Assembly (NCBI GenBank): GCA_963514005.1
Contig: OY740804.1
Location: 5,642,001-5,706,000, forward strand
Length of the DNA: 64,000 nucleotides
Direction: 5' to 3'
DNA from: Raja brachyura
Lineage: Eukaryota
In this document: positions 47,539-59,967 of the stretch, piece after piece
How positions within the stretch are numbered: the stretch's first letter is position 1
Layout: each line of letters begins with the position of its first letter
Position numbers and translations under genes: made by a program
The notes under the pieces: generated by a model
Told to the model about the DNA's origin: nothing
What the model saw: the letters and a program-made list of their open reading frames with translations, nothing else
The model's database searches: none

Positions 47539-50500
47539 AATCTGCAAAGACCAACGTGCCAGCTCGCCTTGTGGCTAACAATGTACATACAATTTTCTAT
47601 GCAACAGTGTAATTTGAATGGAACTGGATGGCAGGGTACTTGGTTACTAACAGCAAAATGTCACCTACAGCCGACAAATGTCAAACTAACCCTCCGCCCC
47701 GAAACCCAACCTCCCTTGCCACCAATTGCTACAGTGCAGTAGCTATTTACACATGGAATATAAGCTCCGTTGCTTCGCAGGAAACCCCTTAAAGCAGGGC
47801 GTGCTCTTTTTACTTTCCCCTTGCTTCACCGTTGCATTAACATCCTTCTACCGTTGTCTAACCACATACTTTGTTAAGCGTGTTTTGTTCCAAGGAGTTC
47901 TTTCCAATTCCACCCCCCCCCCCCCCCCCCAACCCCCACTAGTAGCCCATTATTCGCAAATGTACTCAATTGTCGTTAACCTTCTTATTCCACATCTTTG
48001 AAAATGGCGAAAATTGTCAAGTTTCTCATTCTAAACGTTGCATTTGGAATCTTGCTGGGATTGAGCAAGAACAGCGCAAGTGAGAGGTGTTGGGGAAAGG
48101 TGAGGTGTGGAACCGAGAGCTCGTTCCCAGTTACTCAGCTCTGATCAATTACAAACGCACGAGTGGACACTCTGATATTGAACGAGGCAATGGCTAAAAG
48201 GTAATGGAGGAATTACAGCTGCAGGAATTTGAAGGGCTGAATAAAACATGTACGAGTATGGATAAAGATGGGATAATTGTTTATGAAGAACTCAGTAATG
48301 ACTGTAGGTATGTGAATAAATACATCAAACGGTGTCTTATCATACCAGAACCCAACAACTCAAGCAGAAAGTTACAAAATGAGATCAGCATTTTGCGACT
48401 CAGTGCGTCAGGCGACAGTTCTGAAGAAAATGGACCGATGATGTTTCGGCTCCGAAGCCGTCTTCAGCCTGATAGTAGTGGGGGAGGGTGGGGGGGGGGG
48501 GGGGGGGGGGAGAGAGAGAGAGAAACCGAAAGCAAGTTTTTGTTTTGTTCTCCTCAATCAGCCTGAACAAGGGGCTCGACCCGGAACGTCACCTATCCAT
48601 TACCCCCAGAGGTGCTGCCTGACGCGTTCTGTTACACCACATATTAGAAACATAGAAAATAGGTGTAGGCGGAAGCCATTCGGCCCTTCGAGCCAGCACT
48701 GCCATTCATTGCGATCATGGCTGATCGTCCCAAACAATAATCCGTGCCTGCTTTCTCCCCATACCCCTTGATTTCACTAGCCCCTAGAGCTCTGTCTAAC
48801 TCATATCTAACTAATATTATGTCTATCGTTGATATAAACCAGCATCTGCAATTCATTTTTACTATACACGAAGAAGACCACGAGTTCAAGTGCTCAGAGA
48901 AGTACTCGCCAGGATCGAACCATGGCAAGACTCAGCAAGTGTGGGTGATATCTGAATCCGTGAGTGTTTGGAAGCTGTGAAAGAAACAAATGCAGTAATC
49001 GTTTGGAAGTTGTGAAAGAAAACCAAAGAGTTGTGCAATTAATACAATCGTCAAACTAAATAATTAACTAATCTCGTTTGAAACTACACTTGGAAACTTA
49101 TGTTTGAACTAATCGTGATTAATAAAGTATAGCCGATAGATAAAGTCATTATCTTGTGTGTTTTGTCATGTAATGCCTTTGCTCGACAACATAATCTCAC
49201 TGAAACATATGAGTCTGAGGGCCAAAATTATGGAGGTTTAAAAATTTATGAGGGGCATAGGCAGGATAGATTGAATCAATTTCATAGGGCAGAGGAATCT
49301 TGAATCAGTGGGCAGAATTAAGGACAGAGAAATCAGTTTTCTACAGAGGGTGGCAACCATCTGGAACGATCTATTAGCATTAAAGCTGGAGACAAGATGT
49401 GGTTAAGATGGAAAGAGCGCAAAGAAGATTTAAAAGGATGTTGCCAGGACCAGTCAATAGACAATAGATAATAGGTGCAAGAGTAGGGCATTTGGCCCTT
49501 CAAGCCAGCACCGCCATTCAACGTGATCATGGCTGATCATCCACAATCAGTACCCCGTTCCTGCCTTATCCCCATATCCTCGGACTCCGCTATCTTAAAG
49601 AACCCTATCTAGCTCTCTCTTGAAAGTATCCAGAGAACTGGCCTCCACCACCCTCTGAGTGTAAAAAAACCTTGAGTGCAAAGTTGAACATTGTCAGATG
49701 AGCTGTCTTTTGAATGAGTTGTTAAGTAAGGTCATGTTTGAGCGTTTGAATTTTGACACCATATATTGGATTGCATTTTTTTCCTCTATCGATTCACACA
49801 CACGGTGAGAGAGAATTAAGTCTGTCCAACGTTTCCTTTATTCAATACTTTCTAATCCGGGTAGCATTCTGGTAAACAGCGTCTGCACCACCTCCAAAGC
49901 CACTAATCCTCCCTAAAAATGGGGTGATCAGAAATGAACTAAATTCTCCAAATGTGGACTAACTAAAGTCCTACCGAGCAGTGACATGACTTCCTCGCTC
50001 ATATGCTCAATGCCCCCAACCAAGGAGAGCAAGCATACCGTAAGCTTTCTTTACCTCTCTATCTATTCGTGTTGGCACTTTCAGGGAGCCGTGGATAGGG
50101 AATGTTTAGAGGGACATGGGCCAAACGTGGCAGGTGGGACTAGTGTAGATAATGCATCTTGGTATTTAGGCGCAAAGTGGGCCGATTCCCCTGTTTCCAT
50201 GCTGTATGACTCTATGACTCCCTGGACTTGGACTACTAAACTAGGGACAATAAAACAAGTAGTTTGATGCACAACCATCATATTAGTTGAGGAAGCAAAG
50301 CAATTAACATTGCACACTCTCTTCATGCATTTAAGACTGCTTTGCACATTTGACGTGGTTCTGAGGCTTCAGGATAACCAACCCAGACGTCCCACTCACC
50401 ACATTATAAAATGATTTAATTTAAAAAAATCCATTCACCTTGTTGTCATAACATATCGTCAGTTACCCGGTGATATGTATGTGTGAGTATGTGTATATAC

Positions 50501-51016
50501 ACAAATACCGTTTTTTCTCTCTGTTATTATATTGTTGACAGTGTACTGTGTTTACACATTCTGTTGTACTACTGCATGTAAAAATTGCACTGTTCTCTCT
50601 GGGACATATGACAATAAAACTCTCCTGAATCTTAGCTAAAAAATGGTCTGAAACGAGTTACTTAAATATAAATGTCTAAAATCTCAAGATGAAGTTCACG
50701 CGACCACGCTGACCTAGCAGTCATGATCTGGCCCGAAGGGTCTAAAATTCTCCCAGATTCCTCCACAAATGACAAGAAATACTTGTATATACCCAAATGT
50801 CTACTCAGTGAATTTATATTGAACTATGATTGTACGGATGTTAGAGGTTATGGGGAGAAGGCAGGAGAATGGGGTTAGGAGGGAGAGATAGATCAGCCAT
50901 GATTGAATGGGGGAGTAGACTCAATGGGCCGAATGACCTAATTCTACTCCTATCCCTTATCATTCTTATCATCTTATGATTGACATTCTGCCCATCGAAA
51001 AGCGTAAATTGGAGTC

Positions 51017-51212
51017 TTGGCAGGAATGGGATTCAACAGCCTCAGTTGGAGATGCTTGGCGAAGGGTGAGATGAGGAACAAAATGTTCTCAGTTACTTAT
51101 AACACAACTGAGGAAAAAGACAACAGGAAGCAGCCAGATTGTGAAATCACCGTGAATCAGCTGATGAAGTCAGATTCGGAGGATATGAACTTCCCCCTTT
51201 CACATTTTATTA
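51017..51212. promoter_or_regulatory. Conserved upstream element, paralog of 10927-11116
   Basis: Alignment to 10927-11116; lies ~2 kb upstream of the gene C leader. Confidence 0.5.
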
Positions 51213-51419
51213 AAAAATAATAATTCAGTTGGTTTGAAGATACAATGTGTCAGCAGTTCCTCCGGGCCACCCAGACAACTCCGGACATGAACCACCCGTG
51301 TACACACATTTTACATGCCAGGGACAATTTACAATAAACAATTAACCTGCAAATTTCCAAGTCTTAGGATTGGGAGCAACACCCGGAGAAAACTCACCCT
51401 GAACCAATATGGACTCCAC

Positions 51420-51843
51420 CCTTGGCGGTCGCTTCGCTCAACACCTCCGCTCAGTTCGCAATATCCAACCTGATCTCCCGGTGGCTCAGCATTTCAACTC
51501 CCCCTCCCATTCCGAATCCGACCTTTCTGTCCTGGGCCTCCTCCATGGGCAGAGTGAGGCCCACCGCAAATTGGAGGAGCAGCGCCTCATATTTCGCTTG
51601 CGTAGTTTACACTCCAGCGGTATGAACGTTGACTTCTCCAATTTCGGGTAGTCCTTGCTTCCTCCCTCATTCCCCTCCTTTTCACAGCTGTCCCACAGCC
51701 TACTGTCTCCGCCTCTCCCCTTCCTCCCCCCCCCCCCCCCCCCACATCAGTCTGAAGAAGGGTCTCGACCAGAAACGTCACACATTAATTCGCTCCATAG
51801 ATGCTGCCGCACCCACTGAATTTCTCCAGCAATTTTGTCTACT
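51420..51843 (+). mobile_element. Penelope-like element 3' fragment (GIY-YIG tail + pLTR)
   Basis: LGGRFAQHLRSV...VAQHFNS...RKLEEQRLIFRL.SL...GMN; hammerhead core at 51752-51779. Confidence 0.85.
51752..51779 (+). ncRNA. Minimal hammerhead ribozyme core (Penelope pLTR type)
   Basis: CTGAAGA-ag-GGTC-tc-GACC-a-GAAA-CGTC. Confidence 0.55.
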
Positions 51844-52149
51844 CATTAACAACTCATAATTTTACTGCTTTCCAGTTCTCAGTGCAAACAGGCGAGAAAT
51901 ACCATCTAAAAAAATGTTTTGTAAATTAGGATAGTTCCTCTTATTTAAACTCCATCTCATGAAAAGTTTATGCCTCAGTTCCTCGTGAGTACATGTTGGT
52001 CTACAGCATTATCAAAATAAGTAAACAGTTGAGGGATAAAACGAATATTGCCTTTAAAATGGTTAGCTCCCCGAAACTGCCAACATCACATTTGAGGCCA
52101 AAAAATTTAATACTTGGTCCATTGATTTATGCCACACCCTTAATAATTT

Positions 52150-52442
52150 AGACTTTAGAGATACAGCACAGAAACAGACCCTTCGGCCCACGGAGTCCGT
52201 GCCGACGAGCGATTCCCGTACACTAGCATTATCCGACATACGAGGGACAATTTACAATTGACCGATTAACCTACAAACCTGCACGTCTTTTTGAGTGTGG
52301 GAGGAAACCGGAGCACCCCGAGAAAATCAACACGGTCACAAGGAGAACGTACAACTTCCGTTCAGACAGCACGCCTAGTCATATTGAATCCGGGTCTCTG
52401 GCACTGTAAAGGCAGCAACTCAACCGCCTCGCCTCTGTGCCG
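52150..52442 (-). mobile_element. V-SINE (HE1-like)
   Basis: gtgggaggaaaccggagcacccc...gagaacgtacaac in reverse orientation. Confidence 0.78.
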
Positions 52443-53178
52443 CCTCGAATGTGCATTCGGGGGCAAGACAAAGACCTCTGCCGTTGAGGCAATTAATGGG
52501 TGAAAGTTTACAGGAGGGGAGGAATTGCCTAGACGTCAGAGGGGATGTAGATGGTGAGGACTATGAGGCAAGAAATACACCGGAAGTGTGCACTTCTAAC
52601 TCGTTTCTACTCTTCTAAATGTAAACTTTTATTTGCACGCCGAAGGGCACAACCCGAAACGTCACCTGTCTATTTGCTCCAGAGATGCTGCCTGACCCGC
52701 TGAGTTACTCCAGCATTTTAAATTCTATCATTATTTATTAATTGTTCAATATTAATAGACTCTGAGCACAGATATAACCGCCGCTCCATCCTTACAGATA
52801 CATTATACTTGACGAAGTAATTCAGGCAGCTGCAATAACAACATTTAATGTGCCTTGGACAGGTCCATGGATAGGAAAGGTTTGGGGAAATATGTGTCAA
52901 ACGTGGGCAAATTTGATTAACTAATGAGACTCTTGGTCTAACGCGTTGGAGAGAAGGGTTTTTTCGCGTGCTGTATGACTCCCTGATCATCTGACCCAAC
53001 CATTTGTTAAATATAACCACATGACAACGTGTCGACCAGCTGCTGGCTCGCTGTGATTCACGATCTGACTTTCTGTTCCCATCTTCCTCGTTGCTATTGG
53101 AGAGGCGCGTTTGTATCTGAGAGCTCAGAGCTGAACGACAAGCAGACAAGTGCTGGCATTGTCATCGTGGATAAAACA

Positions 53179-53215
53179 ACGTGGTTTCACTTTCTTCTCA
53201 TCTCCTCGCTGCCGG
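53179..53215 (+). pseudogene. Gene C exon 1: leader with ATG>ACG, (T)WFHFLLISSLP
   Basis: aaacaACGTGG..., 37 nt, G|gtgagt donor, family promoter upstream. Confidence 0.82.
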
Positions 53216-54450
53216 GTGAGTGAAGGCCAGATCTAGATATTCCAATAATCAATGTAAGTTGAGATCCCGTGTACTCTTTCCATAGCATAAATGGTTACGT
53301 ATGTGTAGGCATGTAATGGGGACAATGGAACGCAGTGCGTTGTGGTGTCGGCGTGTCATATATTTTAACATATACTATTTTATCCATAAAACCTTTCAAT
53401 CAGAAAAAAATGTTGTTTTATATCTCTGAACCGCCATAATGGATTGGCAATTTAAAGAAAGTCTGCCTCACATAGTGCGGGCAACGGAAACAATATTACT
53501 TCGTGGAAGAGTAACGTGTTTGGGCTTGTCATTTATTTCATCAGTAACCTTTTTTTTTTAATGTTCCCTCATATGGCTGAACCACAAAAATAGGGTGGGA
53601 GATTGTAACCTTCACGTGGTCCACCATGTTCCGCCTATTGCAATCAACCCTGCGTGCACCTACAACTTTAGGCTGTGTACGCCATACGCAAGAAGAAGAC
53701 CACCAAAATGGATTGGCTATTTAAAGGAAACTTAACGTACAGACTGCGGGCAAAGGAATCATTCTCTTTAGTGAAAAAGTAGCATTTCTAATACACGTCT
53801 TGTTTACAGGAAGCAGGAAGTGAAACTAATGTCGCTGATATATTTTTCCTTCAAGTTCACATTGGCATCTGTTCTATAAAATCCAGTCGATGAAACAAGT
53901 TGTGATCCTCAGTTCGGGGCACAGGTCCTCGTGGGAGCTGACTGGCGGACTGACTTACTCTTACAATTAGGAGTCATTCCATACCCGCCATTTGCCTCGG
54001 ACCGTGTACAGTTGTCGCTTCACCCACACGGTACATTAACGATTCTGCTCCCTAATTCAAATAGATTTAATTGTTTTGTTACTGATTATCAACGGACGAG
54101 GATCGCTGACAAGGTCAGTATTTATTGCCCTGTACTCAGTTTATCTTTCTTTCTGGGCCATTGCAGAGAAACGGTTGGGAGCTAAGCACATCGTGGGGGC
54201 TCTGCAGTCGCTTGTAACCGAGTCTGGGCAGGACTGGTAGATGGGGTTGCATAATAATGTCGCGCCCTCGTGGTCACCATTGCTGCTATAGCTTTCTCAG
54301 AGCAAGAAATATTTAATACAATTGACTCCAATTCCCAATGTATCATAGTGGGAACTGAAATAATATCTGAATTCCTTCTGTCCAGGGATGCTGCCTGTCC
54401 CGCTGGGTTGTTCCAGAAAATGTGTAATTTACCTTGTTATGGATAGTTTA

Positions 54451-54640
54451 NNNNNNNNNNNNNNNNNNNNNNNNNNNNNNNNNNNNNNNNNNNNNNNNNN
54501 NNNNNNNNNNNNNNNNNNNNNNNNNNNNNNNNNNNNNNNNNNNNNNNNNNNNNNNNNNNNNNNNNNNNNNNNNNNNNNNNNNNNNNNNNNNNNNNNNNNN
54601 NNNNNNNNNNNNNNNNNNNNNNNNNNNNNNNNNNNNNNNN
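54451..54640. other. Assembly gap (190 N)
   Basis: Run of N. Confidence 1.
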
Positions 54641-55250
54641 CTCATTTTTTCACATTATAAAGGGTGCGATTACATTAATTAAGGTCGATGCAGATTAATT
54701 TTCATGAATTCAGACTTTAGATCTTACCTTCCGGTTGATTCACAAAGTTTGACTGGTTTCAACTTTGTGTTGCAGCATCTCAGCAGCGACTTTGCTTTCA
54801 AGACTTTCTTCCATTTCTATCCACTTAGCTGCACATTCTTCAGACTTCTTAATGGTTTTCTCACTAAATTCAATTACCCTGCTGCAAGTTTCCACCACAG
54901 GTATTCCACAGAACTAGAAAGAACCTTAATCGGAATCTCCAGTAAAACAGGCATCAGTGAATCCTCTCAGCCATGTTGTGTGTTCCTTGCCTAGCTAGCC
55001 TGAAACAAAGCGCGTGATTGGCCAACTGGCATACAACTCAATGTTAAACGTGCTTTGATTGGACTAAAAATACCCGATCATTTTCCGGTTTTCTTTAATT
55101 TAATAAAAATATGCAAGTTTTGTTCTTGGCGAGTTTCAGGGGTGATTTATATAATAGTTTTACACAATATCTGAACATTTCATGTAGTTCTGTGACTTGG
55201 GTCACGAAACATTAGAATAAAGCTCCTCGGCCCACAGCCTATCCCCTCAG

Positions 55251-55558
55251 TTTCAGGTGCAGTGTGGGGAGAGTGGGATGTAATGGAGTTGTGGGAAGAG
55301 CGATCACAATCGATTGTCAGTATGCAGCAGATTACTGCTCACGCACAAAATACTGGTGCCGCATGCGGAGTCACCAATGTACAGATATGGTGGAAACAAA
55401 TGGGGAACACGGACGGAGTGGAAGAGTGACCATCACAGATAACCCAGAACGAGGAATGATTACTGTGACGATGAAGGATCTTCACTTTGAAGATACAGGA
55501 TGGTACAGCTGTGGAATTACAACATCTGCCGGCCATCCAATGTTTAACGTATTTGACC
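55251..55558 (+). pseudogene. Gene C exon 2: V domain with a 1-nt frameshift near the start and a 12-nt deletion in the G strand
   Basis: cccctcag|TTTCAGGT; IDCQY, KYWCRMRSHQC, DTGWYSCGI; 308 nt = 321-12-1. Confidence 0.88.
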
Positions 55559-56329
55559 GTGGGTTTCGCAGCGATAGACTTGACGTATCCACTAAAATGC
55601 CTGATCCATGTTTTATCCGGGAAGGGTCAGGGCACCACCGACATGCCGAGGCTCCGCAGCAGTGCAGAGACCTGTGGGGAGCGGGCGGGGGTCGGGAAAC
55701 CTCACTCACGTTGCTCTCAACCAGCCCGGGCTCTGTCCCACTGAGTGGACCCCCACTCCAAGAGGGATGCTCAGCACATTTCCCTGCCTCTGAACTGTAT
55801 GAAACCATTCCGACTCAAACTAATAACCCGACAGATCAATGAGAAACGAGTGTTGCTCGCGGTCTGAATACCCGGAGAATAAAAAACAGGGAATTCGTCC
55901 CCAGAACTCAACAGACTACGTTCAGTCCTCCCGGGTCAGACCAGCCCGCTTCCCGCCCCCACCTCGGGGATCAGTCACTCCCTCCCCACCCCCAGCTCTG
56001 TCTCCCTCTCTCTGCCCCGTCACTGCGCCCCCACCCGCCAGCAGCCACTGTCCACTAACCGTCCGGCAGCCAGCCAACCGCTCCACCGAACATTTCCCCC
56101 GTGGCATGCAGAATAAACTCATCTTTCGCCACATCAGCCGTCGCACACGCCACGTAATGCACCGAAATTGTCGGCACCTCCAACGGAATCCCACAACTAT
56201 TTCCACCGTTTTTTTCTTTCCGAAGAAACTAATGCACTAATGAGGTTTTTGAATGTTGGTATCGTAGTATTGCGGCTGAGTTTCAGATTAAAGGATGTTT
56301 TTAAAAAAACTGCAGATGCTGAAAATGTA

Positions 56330-56663
56330 AATCAAAGCAGATGGTGCTGCTGTGTATTGGTACAGTGGCAGACATGGTAGTTCTGGCAGCTGGGAGGATG
56401 GAAAGACGCAGACAAGTATAAATCTGGTTAATGGATTGTAAGGAGAAGGAGCTTTCTGACGGGTAATTTGGCTGTCACTTTGAAATGTAACATCTGAGTA
56501 GCTGACATTGTATTCATCTGTAATGGAGTGGGCCCCTGCGATTTCCTTCATAACGGTGCTCCTGCATACACAATTTAATTTTGATTAGATGGGCAGCTTC
56601 CTGGTTGCTTTGAATATTCGACAGTGTTGCATAAACGATGCTCACTCTTCCCGCTGGCAATTC
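56330..56663 (-). pseudogene. Inverted, decayed inhibitory-receptor cytoplasmic exon with several ITIM-like motifs
   Basis: catttcag|GAA acceptor; IVYATL (56622-56639) and VSYSDV (56489-56506), plus IVYAG and QIYTCL in shifted frames; the 3' boundary is approximate. Confidence 0.6.
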
Positions 56664-56784
56664 CTGAAATGTGCAAGAGAAACCAAGATTTGTCTGATGA
56701 TTTGTCTCATTTATGGTCAGTTTTAACCACCATGTTATAGGAACGATGCTGTCAAGTTGGATATGGCACAGAGAAGACTTACAA

Positions 56785-57262
56785 GGATGTTGCAATGGCT
56801 TGAGGGCCTGACTTACAGGGAGGGGTTGAGCAGTCTAGGTCTTTATTTATTGGAGCGCAGGAAGATGAGGGATGATCTTATGGCAGGCACAAAATCATGC
56901 GAGGAATAGATCCAGTAAATGCAGTCTTTTGCCCAGAGTAGGGGAATTGAGAACCAGAGGACATTGTTTTAAGATGGGGTGGGGGGGGGGGGTGGGGGGG
57001 TGGGGCGGGGGTAGATTTAACAAGAACCTGTGGAGTTACGTTTGTACAGGTTGGTAGGTATATGAAACGAACAGCCGACGGAAGTAGTTATAGCAGGTAC
57101 TTTAGCAATATATAATCAATATTTGGACAGGTACATGAATACGATAAGTTTAAATGTTTAAGGGCCAAACAAGGTCAGGTGGAAATATTGTAGATTGTGC
57201 GTGTTGGCCAGCGTGGGCATGTTAGACCGAAGGGCCTGTTTCTACCCTGTATGATTCTATGT
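56785..57262 (+). mobile_element. CR1 3' fragment (old)
   Basis: ttggagcgcaggaagatgagggatgatctta...gagaaccagaggaca...ccgaagggcctgttt. Confidence 0.7.
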
Positions 57263-57383
57263 AGGTGGATGGGTCAGATTCCAACCTGGCGGCTCTGGCT
57301 AACATACAGAGATGGTGGATATTGGCTAGTGTTTGATTTTGAAATGTTCACTCAGTGTCTGTCTATTTGCTCCATTCCCACAG

Positions 57384-57703
57384 AACCCGTGTCTGTTCCT
57401 GTGCTTGGATTTTTGGCACCAGCCAATGTCTCTTGTCTCGGGGGCTCAGTGACAGTATCCTGTGAGTCGATCCGGGGATCCCTCCCATTAGCTACAGCTG
57501 GTATGAAAAGACCCCATCTGAGGATTCAAAGATCTCAGACAAAAATGCCCTGGATCTACATTGTCAATCATTCAAACATCAGCACCATCAATATTACTTC
57601 ACAGCCTCCAGTGATAATGGATCAAAATCCAGTGAAATGGTCAACGTGTCCATCTCAAGCAGTGACGTGCCATGCAGTATCCTAGTGAAAATCAGCGGCA
57701 CTG
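57384..57703 (+). pseudogene. Gene C exon 3: C2 domain, frameshifted, with the canonical F-strand Cys mutated (YYFTAS)
   Basis: cccacag|AA CCC GTG; 320 nt; frameshift at GSLP; G|gtaggt donor. Confidence 0.88.
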
Positions 57704-58522
57704 GTAGGTAGTGGAGGGAATGAGGAGAAGAAGGAGATGTGGGGGTGGGGTTGTTCATAAGATCACAAGTGATAGAAGCAGAAATAGACAATTCAATCAT
57801 GGCTGGTCTGTCTTCCCTTCTTCATCCCATTCTCCTGCCTTCTCCCCATAACCCCGTCACCCTGATATCCATGCACGTTATTTAATTAACTTATCAAGAT
57901 TTAAATGATGGAATTATAGCCCATTTGTCAATACTTGGTTGATGGGCTCCAGCCATAGCTTGCCCAGTGCTGGTGTAGGCCATCTTCCTGGCTAGAACAA
58001 CCTCTTATGTTTACACAGCTTTAAACTAGGTTTGCAGTGACATCAGTCCAAGCACTTTCACTTTCCCACCACCATCTCCACATGATCCACACTCAGGTAT
58101 GATAAAGGATCAGAAATTATCAGTAAATGTGGCCACAGTTAACTCCTTGACGACGGTATCTGCTTTGGTCCACTGTGTTAAAGTTGACCATTCAGTACCA
58201 TCGATAATAATCCCATTTACCAGCACCTCTTCCATTGTGGCAATTCAGCTACCTCCAGCTTCTATGTTTAAAAATATTTATTGATACCCTCGAAACATCC
58301 TGCTCCTTAACTTAACCATATGTTCTCCACTTTTACACGTGTCTGTCGTGCACAATTTCCCCAAAATACCCTATCTCTGCTGCTCACAGTTTTGCACACC
58401 TGTAGTAGGTTCCCCCTTCCTCACCTGTCCTGCATGCACTTCTATAAAACGCCTATCCAGCCCCTCCCAATCACTGTAATATTTCAAACCAAGCAACACT
58501 CCTCTCAAGTGAAATTGCACCC

Positions 58523-58780
58523 TTTAGATCAGTTTATGGATACAGGCTCTTCGGCGCCGTCCAGTATTCACCAGTACACCGTTCGATGGAGACAATTTAT
58601 AGACCCCAATTACCCTGCAAACCTGCACGACCTTGGAATGCGGGAGGAATCTGGAGCGCTTGGAGAAAACCCAGGCGGTCACAGGGAGGAGGTACAAATT
58701 CCGTACAGACAGCATCTTTAGTCAGGATCGAACCCGGGTCTCTGGCGCTGTAAGACAGTAACTCTACTGTTGCACCACTG
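58523..58780 (-). mobile_element. V-SINE (HE1-like)
   Basis: gaaaacccaggcggtcacaggg...gatcgaacccgggtctctggcgctg. Confidence 0.72.
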
Positions 58781-58814
58781 TACCTACTACACCTGGCACC
58801 AGAGTTGTTAACAA

Positions 58815-59854
58815 CACTATTGCTTGCTACCTGGACTACACTTCTACCCACCCTGCTTCCTTTAAGGATTCCATCCTCTACTCCCAATTCCTCCATCTAC
58901 GCCGCAACTGCACCCAGGATGAGGTGTTCCACACCAGGGAATTGGAGATATCCTCATTCTCCAGGGAACGGGGGTTTCTCTCTTCTACCATTGACGAGGC
59001 TCTCACCAGGGTCTCTTCTATACCCCGTGAATCTGCTCTCTCTCCACATAACCCCACTCGTAACAAGGGCAGAGTCCCCCTTGTACTCGCCTCTCACCCT
59101 ACCAACCCTCGCGTACAACAAATAATCCTCCCGTCATTTTCGCCACATCCAACGTGACACCACCACTTGCCCATCTTCCCAGCTCCTCTCTGGTCTGCTT
59201 CCCGCAGAGACCGCTCCCTCCGTAACTACTTGGTCAATTCGTCCCTTCCTACCCGAACTTCCCCTTGCAACCGCAAGAAATGCAACGCTTGTCGCTTTAC
59301 CTACCATCTTGACTCCATTCAAGGACCCAAGCAGTCTATCCAGGTGCGGCACAGGTTCACCTGCACCTCCTCCAACTTCATCTATCTTCATCTGGTGCTC
59401 TAGATGTTGGCTGCTCTACATTGGCGAGACCAAGCTTAGGCTTGGCGATCGCATCACCGAACACCTCCGCTCGGTTAGCAATAACCAACCTGATCGCCGG
59501 GTGACTCTGCAATTCAACCCCCCCTCCTATTTCGAATCCTACCTTTCTATCCTGGGTCTCCTCCATGGCCCGAGTAAGGACTACGGTAAATTGGAGGAGC
59601 AGCACCTCATATTTCGCTTGGGCAGTTTGCACTCCAGCGGTATGAGCATTGATTTATGTATTTTCAGGTAGTCCTTACTGTGTCCTCCCCTTGTCAGCTC
59701 TCCCTCAGCCCTCTGGCTCCAGTTCTTCCTTTATTTTCCCGCCCCCACCCTCACATCAGTCTGAAGAAGGGTTTCGGCGCGAAACATTGCCTATTTCCTT
59801 CACTCCATAGATGCTGCCTCACCCGCTGGGTTTCTCCAGCATTTTTGTCTACCT
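58815..59854 (+). mobile_element. Penelope-like element (RT C-terminus + GIY-YIG), 5' truncated
   Basis: YIGETK.RLGDR..EHLRS GIY-YIG motif; Cys-rich linker CNRKKCNAC; hammerhead-like core at 59761. Confidence 0.88.
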
Positions 59855-59967
59855 CCTACTTGTCATGAAAACATCTCCCATTTGCTACAAATCACACTGA
59901 AGAATCATTACCCTGTACGTTAAGCCTGTCAACTCCTTACATCGGACAATCATAATCCCTTGTGTTA

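Noticed and set aside
53433-53783. Diverged ~80-bp direct repeat (53433-53513 vs 53702-53783) in gene C intron 1
   Set aside because: Real but old and low in information; no functional signal identified.
54388-54682. ORFs spanning X runs
   Set aside because: Artefacts of the N gap.
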